DNA of 64,000 bases from an uncultured Actinomycetota bacterium. GTDB taxonomy: Bacteria; Actinomycetota; Actinomycetes; Streptosporangiales; Streptosporangiaceae. How positions within the stretch are numbered: position 1 is the stretch's first letter; each line of letters begins with the position of its first letter. The stretch lies in assembly GCA_963695645.1 (NCBI GenBank), contig CAVOHC010000004.1:150948-214947 (forward strand). Direction: 5' to 3'. The notes beneath the pieces were generated by a model. The model had not been told where the DNA came from, ran no database searches, and saw only the letters and a list, made by a program, of their open reading frames with translations. The translations under genes were made by a program, and so were the position numbers. Positions 27,956-35,995 of this stretch are shown here, one piece after another.

Positions 27956-30484
27956 ATGAGCAGGCCGTCCGTTCCGCTCAGCCACTCCGTCGCGCCTGGC
28001 CCGCTCAGCCAGTTCGTCCTCAAGGTACACAGTCGGTGCGATCTCGCCTGTGATCATTGCTACGTCTACGAGGCCGCCGACCAGAGCTGGCGTGGCCGCC
28101 CCATGGCCATTTCCGACGAGGTGATCTCGCGGACGGCGCAACGCATCGCTGAACATGCCGCTTCACACGCCCTCGGCACCGTGCAGGTGGTGCTGCACGG
28201 TGGGGAGCCCCTGCTCGCCGGCCCGGCCCGGCTGCGGCGGGTGGTCACGGAGCTTCATGCGGCGCTCCGCGCCGTATGCCGCCTTGACCTGAGGATCCAC
28301 ACCAACGGTGTGCTGCTCAACGAGGATTTCTGCGAACTGTTCGCCGAGCATGCTGTCAAGGTCGGTATCTCCATCGATGGTGACCGGGTCGCCAATGACC
28401 GGCACCGCAGATACGCAGACGGGCGCAGCAGTTACGACCAGGCGATCCGTGCTATCGGGTTGCTGCGCGCCGACCGTTTCCGGGATCTGTATGCCGGACT
28501 GCTATGCACAATCGACATCGCAAACGACCCGCTGGCGGTCTATCAGTCTTTAATGGACTTGCGCCCGCCCCGGGTCGACTTTCTCCTGCCGCACGCGACA
28601 TGGGATCATCCGCCGTTGCGCGGGCTTGCCGCAGACAGCGAGTACGCTGACTGGCTGATTGCGATTTTCGACCGCTGGCTTGCGGAGGGACGCCCGGCCC
28701 CGATCCGCACCTTCGATTCAATCATCTCCACAATGCGGGGCGGTGAAAGCTTTACTGAGGCACTAGGCCTCGGGCCAACCGGGCTTATCGTCATCGAAAC
28801 TGACGGCAGCTACGAACAAGTCGACTCGCTGAAAGCGGCGTTTGACGGCGCGCCGGATACCGGGATGAACGTCTTCGACCATGCCCTCGATGTTGTTTCT
28901 CGCCACCCTGGTATTCTTGCTCGTCAGCAAGGAATTTCCGGCCTATGCCAGACGTGCCAGAAATGCCCAGTAGTTACCAGCTGTGGTGGTGGCCTTTACA
29001 CCCACAGGCACCGGGCAGGTAACGGCTTCGCCAATCCATCGGTGTACTGCTCCGACCTGCTGAAGCTTATTTCCCATATCAGCAGCCGGCTGTGTGAGGT
29101 GCCCCCGGACGCACCGGGAATCCCGACTCACTCGATAGGCGGCCCGGAATTCCGGGCCCTGGCAGCGGGCGTCGGCGACGGCGCGGCGGTGGCACAGCTC
29201 GCCGGGGCCCAGCGGAGCCTGCTTCGCGGCTTGCTCGGTGCGGTGTACCAGGAAGGAATTACCGGGGCCGCCGTTTCAGCGGCGGTCAAGACGGACCTGC
29301 GGCGCGCCTGGTCGTTGTTGACCACACTCGACCGTGAACGACCTAAAGCCCTGCAGACGGCGCTCGGGCATCCCTATATTCGCGCCTGGGCTATGCGCTG
29401 CCTCAAGCAGTTGCGGCCCGCCGCTGCCTGGCACGGCGACCAGGATCATGCAAGAAGGGTGCCAGGGCTGACCGCCGACCTGAGGCATCTCGGCGCCATC
29501 GCTGCCGCTGCTGCTATTCACGCTGGGACTAGCGGTACCGTCAGGATCCCTGTGCTGCATGGCGCCGTGCACCTGCCCACGCTGGGCCGCCTGGCAATCG
29601 GCCCGGAGCAAGCAATCGGCCCGGAGCAAGCAATCGGCCCGGAGCAAGCAATCGGCCCGGAGCAGGCTGCCCGGTCGCCCGCAGAAGTGCTCGAAACGGC
29701 GACCGTCGACGTTGCCGGCGGGGTGGTTGCTGTACGGCTCGGTGCCAGCCGCTGGACACTGGCCAGCAGCGACCTGCTCAGCGGCGCGGCGAGTCAGGGC
29801 GCCACGTCCGAGAGCGGCAGGCCCGCCAGCTGGGAGCCCGTACGCAGGCTCAGCGCACTTGGCATCTGCGTCGCGATGGAGGACACCGATCCCTACCGCG
29901 ACTGTCACCAATGGCGGCCGGCGGCACGGCTGACCGAAGCTGAGTTCGCCCAGTGGCAGCGGCAATTCCGGTATGCCTGGCGGGAAATCGAGCGTGCGCA
30001 TGGTGCCTACGCCCCGGCGCTTGCCGCAGGCCTAACGACGCTGATGCCCCTGGCCGCTGCCCAAGACGGTGGCGATCTCAGCGCCGCCGCCAGGGACGCG
30101 TTCGGCGCCGTCGCCATGGCACTACCTGCCGATCCGGTAACCCTCGCCTTGCTGCTCATCCACGAGTTCCAGCATGTGAAACTCGGTGCGGTGCTCGATC
30201 TCTACGAGCTTTTTGATCGCGCTGATGACCGTCTCTTCCACGCCCCGTGGCGCGAGGGCAAGCACCAGATCGAAGACCTCCTGCAAGGCACCTACGCGCA
30301 CCTGGCCGTCACTGACTTTTGGCGCGCACGCCAGCACATCGCGGCCGACCAGGCAGCGGGACGGCGATTCGTGCATTGGCGCGCTCGGACCCGCGATGCG
30401 ATCGAGATCCTGGCGACTTCTGGCTCGTTGACACCGCTTGGGGCGTGGTTCGTCGATGAAATGCGCCATTCGGCAGGGCCGTAG
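27956..30484 (+). CDS. fxsB: FxsB-type radical SAM/SPASM peptide maturase fused to a C-terminal HExxH domain
   Basis: The radical SAM motif is KVHSRCDLACDHCYVY (Cx3Cx2C at 28037-28060). The SPASM-like cysteines are CQTCQKCPVVTSCGGG...YCSDL. The C-terminal domain carries LLIHEFQHVKLG (HEFQH at 30161-30175). Confidence 0.9.
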   Translation: MSRPSVPLSHSVAPGPLSQFVLKVHSRCDLACDHCYVYEAADQSWRGRPMAISDEVISRTAQRIAEHAASHALGTVQVVLHGGEPLLAGPARLRRVVTELHAALRAVCRLDLRIHTNGVLLNEDFCELFAEHAVKVGISIDGDRVANDRHRRYADGRSSYDQAIRAIGLLRADRFRDLYAGLLCTIDIANDPLAVYQSLMDLRPPRVDFLLPHATWDHPPLRGLAADSEYADWLIAIFDRWLAEGRPAPIRTFDSIISTMRGGESFTEALGLGPTGLIVIETDGSYEQVDSLKAAFDGAPDTGMNVFDHALDVVSRHPGILARQQGISGLCQTCQKCPVVTSCGGGLYTHRHRAGNGFANPSVYCSDLLKLISHISSRLCEVPPDAPGIPTHSIGGPEFRALAAGVGDGAAVAQLAGAQRSLLRGLLGAVYQEGITGAAVSAAVKTDLRRAWSLLTTLDRERPKALQTALGHPYIRAWAMRCLKQLRPAAAWHGDQDHARRVPGLTADLRHLGAIAAAAAIHAGTSGTVRIPVLHGAVHLPTLGRLAIGPEQAIGPEQAIGPEQAIGPEQAARSPAEVLETATVDVAGGVVAVRLGASRWTLASSDLLSGAASQGATSESGRPASWEPVRRLSALGICVAMEDTDPYRDCHQWRPAARLTEAEFAQWQRQFRYAWREIERAHGAYAPALAAGLTTLMPLAAAQDGGDLSAAARDAFGAVAMALPADPVTLALLLIHEFQHVKLGAVLDLYELFDRADDRLFHAPWREGKHQIEDLLQGTYAHLAVTDFWRARQHIAADQAAGRRFVHWRARTRDAIEILATSGSLTPLGAWFVDEMRHSAGP
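29594..29665 (+). repeat. In-frame 18-bp tandem repeat, 4 copies, inside fxsB (encodes AIGPEQ x4)
   Basis: gcaatcggcccggagcaa occurs three times perfectly, followed by gcaatcggcccggagcag. The protein reads LAIGPEQAIGPEQAIGPEQAIGPEQAARSP. It lies between the SPASM region and the HExxH domain. Confidence 0.95.
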
Positions 30485-30767
30485 CAAGGGGTCAGCCCAG
30501 CATCAGCCACGACAGCTGACAGAGCGCCGCGATACCTGGCAGCCGCCACAGCTGGAGTCCCCGAAGCCGAGGTCTCGCTCTTCCCGGCGGTGCCTGATTG
30601 AGAGGTCACCGCGGCATGCGCCGCCACGGGATGGGACGCCGCCCCTGGTCACATACTAAGATCTCCTATATCATCATTTCGCCACGCCGCATTGGGCGAT
30701 AATTGGCCGCTGGCCGCACTGTAGTGGCTGCTGGGACTGGCGTGGCGTGACGGGGGGGAAGGCGCCA

Positions 30768-32057
30768 ATGGTTTCGGGGCGCGACGACAGGCCGTACTTC
30801 TTCCTAAGCTACGCACGGACGCCGAAACGAGATCCATCCGACCGTGATGATCCAGATCGCTGGGTCTACAAGCTATACAAAGACCTGTGCGGCGCCATCT
30901 TACAAATGACTGACGCCCGGCCCGAAGAAGCTGGATTCATGGACCGGGAGAACAAGCTCGGTACCGAATGGTCACCAGAACTGACGGCGGCACTCGCGAG
31001 ATGCCGGGTCTTCGTCCCGCTGTACTCCCGGCGGTATTTCGAAAGTGACAATTGCGGCAGAGAATGGTTTGCTTTCGCGCGCCGCGAAATCACTCACCGG
31101 GCTCGGGGCCGCCAGCTAGTTGACGCCATTGTGCCGGCGCTCTGGACGAGAATGGATCGGCAGAAGCTCCCCCATGTCGCGCAGTCCGTCCAGTTCGAAC
31201 ATGGCTTCCTCGGTGAACGCTACTGCACTGAGGGTTTCTATGGGATCATGAAGCTGCAGAATTATCGCGCCGATTATCAGCGCGCAGTGCACAGGCTCGC
31301 CGAGCGAATCATCGCGATTGGCGACGAGAGCGTCGCATTTACTGATGAAAACGTCGTTCCCGCGATGACGCAGGCGGATTTCGAGTCGCTGCCGAGCGCC
31401 TTTGGCCCGGCTAGCGCGCGCCGGACCGCAGATGGCCAGCTTCAGATCGCGGTGCTCGCGCATGACACCTCGACGCTGCCGCCGGGGAGGGCCCGCGACT
31501 ACTACGGCGCTACGCCGAGCACCTGGAGCCCGTACCGGCCGGATTACACCCAGCCGGTGGCCGACTACGCGCTGGAGCTGGCCAAGAAGTGCCTTGACTG
31601 CAAACCCCTGGTTGGAGCTTTTGACGACGCCATGGCGAATTGGGTCAGCAATGGGCACCCGGTGCCGCCGAGTTTGTGCCTCGTCGATGCCTGGGTGAGC
31701 GTATCGGCCGCGCATCAGGAACAGCTGAGCCGGCTGGAGCAGGTCGAGGAGTCCTGGGTCAGCGTGCTGGTTCCGTGGAACAGCCAGGATTCGGGGATGC
31801 ACGAGGCCAAAGATGATCTTCGCGAGAAACTCCATGAGCACTTGGGCCGTAAGCTTGCCGGCGTCCCGAGACGATGCCAGATGGCCGCGAACGGAATCCC
31901 CACTCTCTACGATTTCGGGCAGCTCCTGCCCGAGATGACAATGATCATGCTGAAGAGATTCCGCAAAGAAGCTACTGCCCATCCGCCCGCAGGTCCCTTC
32001 ATTGAGCGCCCGCGGCTGAGGAGATCCGAACTCCAGGATTCCGGAGATGCACGATGA
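30768..32057 (+). CDS. fxsC: TIR-like protein FxsC
   Basis: The ATG at 30768 (M8 of ORF 30747..32057) follows ggggggaagg. MVSGRDDRPYFFLSYARTPKRD...WVYKLYKDL...CRVFVPLYSRRYFESDNCGREWFAF shows the TIR-like beta-A FxxSY and SxxC..E motifs. The C-terminal ~300 aa are not assignable by eye. Confidence 0.85.
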   Translation: MVSGRDDRPYFFLSYARTPKRDPSDRDDPDRWVYKLYKDLCGAILQMTDARPEEAGFMDRENKLGTEWSPELTAALARCRVFVPLYSRRYFESDNCGREWFAFARREITHRARGRQLVDAIVPALWTRMDRQKLPHVAQSVQFEHGFLGERYCTEGFYGIMKLQNYRADYQRAVHRLAERIIAIGDESVAFTDENVVPAMTQADFESLPSAFGPASARRTADGQLQIAVLAHDTSTLPPGRARDYYGATPSTWSPYRPDYTQPVADYALELAKKCLDCKPLVGAFDDAMANWVSNGHPVPPSLCLVDAWVSVSAAHQEQLSRLEQVEESWVSVLVPWNSQDSGMHEAKDDLREKLHEHLGRKLAGVPRRCQMAANGIPTLYDFGQLLPEMTMIMLKRFRKEATAHPPAGPFIERPRLRRSELQDSGDAR

Positions 32058-35000
32058 GCGACCCGAGCCGGGGCCAGATCATTACGTTCTACTCTTACAA
32101 GGGCGGTACCGGCCGTACGATGGCACTCGCCAATGTCGCGTGGATTCTCGCGAGCAACGGCAACCGGGTCCTTGCCGTTGACTGGGATTTGGAATCACCC
32201 GGACTGCACAAGTTCTTTCATCCTTTCCTAGACGAATCAACTGTGAGCGCCACGCCTGGCGTGATAGAAATAATCAATGATTATGCGTCCGCCGCTGTTG
32301 ATCCGGGAGCGCGCGACGATGATTGGCATCTGGAATACGCGCGCGTCGATCGTGATGCGGTATCTCTGGAATGGGCCTTCCCCCATGGCGGCAAACTGGA
32401 CTTTCTCTCGGCCGGCCGCCAGAACCGTGACTATTCTGCCGCCGTCTGCTCCCTTGACTGGGATAACTTCTACGACCGGCTCGGCGGCGGGCGTTTCTTT
32501 CGCGCGATGCGAGATGACATGAAGCAGAAATACGACTACGTACTGATAGACAGCCGTACCGGGCTGAGCGACGTGGCGGACATCTGCACGATCGAGCTCC
32601 CGGACGTCTTAGCGATCTGCTTCACGCTCAGTGATCAGAGCATCGAGGGCGCAGCCAACGTCGCCCGCCAGATCAGCGGACGGTACCGGGATCGAAATAT
32701 CCGGGTACTGCCCGTGCCGATGCGCATCGAGGACGGCGAGAAAGAGAAGCTTGACATCGGGCGTGCCCTGGCCCGGATGAAGTTCGAGGGCTTCCCGACA
32801 GGCATGACCCAGGAGAACTCGGCGCTGTACTGGGCGTCGGTCGAAGTGCCCTACAAGCCCTTCTATGCCTTCGAGGAGACCCTGGCGACCTTCGGTGACG
32901 ACCCAGGTTCGCCAGCGTCGCTGCTGTCCTCATTCGAGCGGATTACGAACTCGCTCACCGAGGGACGGGTGACGGCGATGCAGCCGATCGCCGAGAACCT
33001 GCGGCTGCAGTACAAGGAGGCTTTTGCCCGGCGACAGCCTGCAGCTTCCACGCAGGTCTACCTGAGCTACGTGCCGGAGGACCGCATGTGGGCCGACTGG
33101 ATCGAGGCGGTGCTGACGCGCGCCGGCTTCCGCGTGCTGCCGCGTAGCACGGTGACGACGGCGGCCGCGGGCAGTGCCGAGGTCCGGGGCAGCATCCAGG
33201 CGGAGCGCGAACTTCAGGCTGCTCCCCGGGCCATCGCCGTGCTTTCTTCCGCTTACCTGCATTCGCCCGACGCCCGATCCATCTGGAAGACCTTGTCGTC
33301 GGCCGATGCTGCCGACACGCATCGTCAGCTGGTGCCGGTCAGGGTGAGCGAAGTAAGGATCATCGAGCCGTTCACCGAGCATCCCGCCGTGGACCTGGCG
33401 CGCATGGATGCGGCCCAGGCGACCGCGAAGCTGCTGTGGGCTCTGGACCGGCCTGTTCCTCCGCTCGGCAGCACGGGAACCCAAGCCGAGGAGCCCCGGT
33501 TCCCCGGCACGATCCCGCCGATATGGAACGTCCCGGCCAGGAATGCCGACTTCACCGGGCGCGGCGCGACGCTTGAACTGCTGCGCGACAAACTCGCCGG
33601 GGGCGGCCTGGCGGTCGTCGTCGCGCAGGCGCTGTATGGGCTGGGCGGCGTCGGCAAGACCCAGCTCGCGCTGGAGTACGCGCACCGCTTCATGGCCGAC
33701 TATGACCTGGTCTGGTGGGTGCCGTCCGAGCGGGCCGAGGAGACCAGCGGGGCGCTCGCCGAGCTGGCCCGCAAGATGGGTCTGAAGGTCGGCGACAATG
33801 TGGCCGAGGCAGCGGAGGCTGCCCTGGAGGAGCTGCGCCGCGATTCCACGCCGCACTGGCTGCTGATCTTCGACAATGCCGACGACCCCAAGCAGCTCGA
33901 GCCGTACCTGCCCACCGGCTCGGGCCATGTCCTCATCACCTCGAGAAATCAGGCGTGGTCGCACTCCGCTGAGCCTCTCGAGGTGGATGTCTTCACGATG
34001 GACGAGAGTGTGGCGCACCTGCTCCGGCACGTGCCTGAACTGGACATGGCCGACGCGAAGCGAGTCGCCGACGCCCTGGGGCACCTGCCGCTGGCCGTCG
34101 AGCAGGCCAGCGCGTGGCTAGAGCAGACCGGGATGCCCGCGCGGGCCTACGTCGAGCAGCTGGCGACGCAGTCCACCCGGATCCTGGCGCTGAACCAGCC
34201 GCCGGACTACCCGATGCCGGTAGTGGCCACCTGGAACCTGTCCTTCGACCAGCTCAAAGGGCGATCGCCGGCCGCGGTGCGGCTGCTGCAGCTGTGCGCA
34301 TTCTTCTCGCCAGGGCCGATCTCCATGGACTTGCTCTACAGCGACGAGATGAACGAGTCCTTGCTGCCCTTTGACGAGACGCTGAGCGAGAAGCTGATGC
34401 TCGGCCGGGTGATCAGGGATATCAGCCGCTTCGCTTTGATCAAGGTGGACCAGGGCAGCAACTCGCTGCAGATCCACCGGCTGGTCCAGGCCGTGATCCG
34501 CTCCCAGATGAGCGACGAGGCGCAGGCCGACGCGCGGCATGAGGTACATAAGATCCTGGTCGGCGCCCGGCCCCGCCAGGGGGAGACAGACGACCCGGCG
34601 AACTGGTCCACCTATGACATCATCTGGCCGCATCTCGGTCCTTCGCAGGCTGACGAGTGCGACGATCCGCGCACCCGGCAGCTGCTCATCGACTGGGTGC
34701 GCTACCAGTGGAAGCACGGCGAGTTCGAATCTGGCCTGAGCCTGGCGAGGCGCCTGGAGAACCTGTGGATCCACCAGCTCGGGCCTGACCATCAGCAGAC
34801 GCTGCACCTGCAATTCCAGATCGCCAACGTGCTGCGTTCCCAGGGCCGCTTCAAGGACGCCCGCGACCTGGACACCTATGTCCTGGAGCGGCAGCGAGCC
34901 GTACTCGGGGTAGACCATCCGCACGCGCTGATCACCGCGAACGGGCTGGGGGCTGATCTGCGTGCGCTCGGCGACTTCCAGGACGCACTGGCCTCGGACC

Positions 35001-35992
35001 GGGAGACCTATGAGAGCTTTAAGGAGCAGTTCGGCGCGGATTACCCGCGGACATTGATCGCTGCCCATAACCTGGCGAGCTCGCTGCGGCTGGTCGGTGA
35101 CTGCTTCGCGGCGCGCCGCCTCGACGAGGAGACGCTGGACTGTCAACGGCAGGTGCTGGGCAGCGACCATCCCTATACCCTCTTGTCGGCGGCCAGCCTG
35201 GCTCACGATATGCGCGCGGCAGGCGCCTTCCGGGACTCCGTCGACCTGCTGCGCTACACATGGGAGAAATACCGGGCGGTGCTTGGCGACGACATGCTCG
35301 ACACCTTGCGGACCGCCACCAGCCTGGCCGTGTCGCTGCGCAAGGCCGGGGAGCAGTCCGAGGCGATGAATCTCGCGCAGGACACCTACGAGCGTTACAA
35401 GCGCCGCTACGGCAGCGACGCGCCAGATGCCCAATCGTGCGCGCTCAACCTGGCCTGCGACTACGCGGCGGTCGATGACATGCCCAGGGCACTGGAGCTG
35501 GTGACGGGCGTCAAGGCCGCGCTCCAGGCCAGCCTGGGCGACGAGCATCCGAACACGTTGGTCGCCGCCAACAACCTGGCGTGCTACCTGCGGGCCATTG
35601 GCCGGCTCCCGGAGGCGCTTGCGCTGACGGATGACACGCTAGGCAGGACGCAGCCACGGCTCGGAAGCCGCCACCCGCTAACCCTGTGCTGCGCAGTCAA
35701 CCTGGCTAACTGCCGCGGGGACTGCGGGGACCTCGAAGCGGCCGAAGCGCTCGAGCGCCAGGCGATTGCGCTACTGCGGGAGGTGCTCGGCCGGGACCAC
35801 CCGGACACCCTGGTCGGCGAGGCCAATCTCGCTGTCACCCTGCGCCAGGCAGGGCGGGAGAAGGATGCCGAGGAACTCAGGGCACGGATCTTCGCTGACT
35901 TCAGCCGCGTGCTGGGCGCAGGTCACCCGGACGTCGCGCAACTACACAAATGGCAGCGGATCAACCGCGATCTGGAACCGCAGCAAATCTAA
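32054..35992 (+). CDS. fxsT: FxSxx-COOH-system STAND protein: ParA/MinD-like ATPase, TIR, NB-ARC and TPR
   Basis: Its ATGA overlaps the fxsC stop. Domain motifs: (1) IITFYSYKGGTGRTMALANVAWILA...VLAVDWDLESPGL...YVLIDSRTGLSD, a deviant Walker A at 32099-32119; (2) QVYLSYVPEDRMWADWIEAVLTRAGFRV, TIR-like from ~33053; (3) GLGGVGKTQLALEYAH (33638-33661), WLLIFDNADD and HVLITSRN, NB-ARC; (4) many DHPxTLxxxxNLAxxLRxxG units up to the C-terminus, TPR. Confidence 0.88.
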   Translation: MSDPSRGQIITFYSYKGGTGRTMALANVAWILASNGNRVLAVDWDLESPGLHKFFHPFLDESTVSATPGVIEIINDYASAAVDPGARDDDWHLEYARVDRDAVSLEWAFPHGGKLDFLSAGRQNRDYSAAVCSLDWDNFYDRLGGGRFFRAMRDDMKQKYDYVLIDSRTGLSDVADICTIELPDVLAICFTLSDQSIEGAANVARQISGRYRDRNIRVLPVPMRIEDGEKEKLDIGRALARMKFEGFPTGMTQENSALYWASVEVPYKPFYAFEETLATFGDDPGSPASLLSSFERITNSLTEGRVTAMQPIAENLRLQYKEAFARRQPAASTQVYLSYVPEDRMWADWIEAVLTRAGFRVLPRSTVTTAAAGSAEVRGSIQAERELQAAPRAIAVLSSAYLHSPDARSIWKTLSSADAADTHRQLVPVRVSEVRIIEPFTEHPAVDLARMDAAQATAKLLWALDRPVPPLGSTGTQAEEPRFPGTIPPIWNVPARNADFTGRGATLELLRDKLAGGGLAVVVAQALYGLGGVGKTQLALEYAHRFMADYDLVWWVPSERAEETSGALAELARKMGLKVGDNVAEAAEAALEELRRDSTPHWLLIFDNADDPKQLEPYLPTGSGHVLITSRNQAWSHSAEPLEVDVFTMDESVAHLLRHVPELDMADAKRVADALGHLPLAVEQASAWLEQTGMPARAYVEQLATQSTRILALNQPPDYPMPVVATWNLSFDQLKGRSPAAVRLLQLCAFFSPGPISMDLLYSDEMNESLLPFDETLSEKLMLGRVIRDISRFALIKVDQGSNSLQIHRLVQAVIRSQMSDEAQADARHEVHKILVGARPRQGETDDPANWSTYDIIWPHLGPSQADECDDPRTRQLLIDWVRYQWKHGEFESGLSLARRLENLWIHQLGPDHQQTLHLQFQIANVLRSQGRFKDARDLDTYVLERQRAVLGVDHPHALITANGLGADLRALGDFQDALASDRETYESFKEQFGADYPRTLIAAHNLASSLRLVGDCFAARRLDEETLDCQRQVLGSDHPYTLLSAASLAHDMRAAGAFRDSVDLLRYTWEKYRAVLGDDMLDTLRTATSLAVSLRKAGEQSEAMNLAQDTYERYKRRYGSDAPDAQSCALNLACDYAAVDDMPRALELVTGVKAALQASLGDEHPNTLVAANNLACYLRAIGRLPEALALTDDTLGRTQPRLGSRHPLTLCCAVNLANCRGDCGDLEAAEALERQAIALLREVLGRDHPDTLVGEANLAVTLRQAGREKDAEELRARIFADFSRVLGAGHPDVAQLHKWQRINRDLEPQQI

Positions 35993-35995
35993 GAT

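Noticed and set aside
31116-35548. Long minus-strand ORFs (31116..31982, 32930..34084, 34118..35548) across fxsC and fxsT
   Set aside because: None has recognisable domains and all are Arg/Gly/Pro-rich. The + strand encodes coherent TIR, ParA-like, NB-ARC and TPR motifs, so these are antisense shadows.
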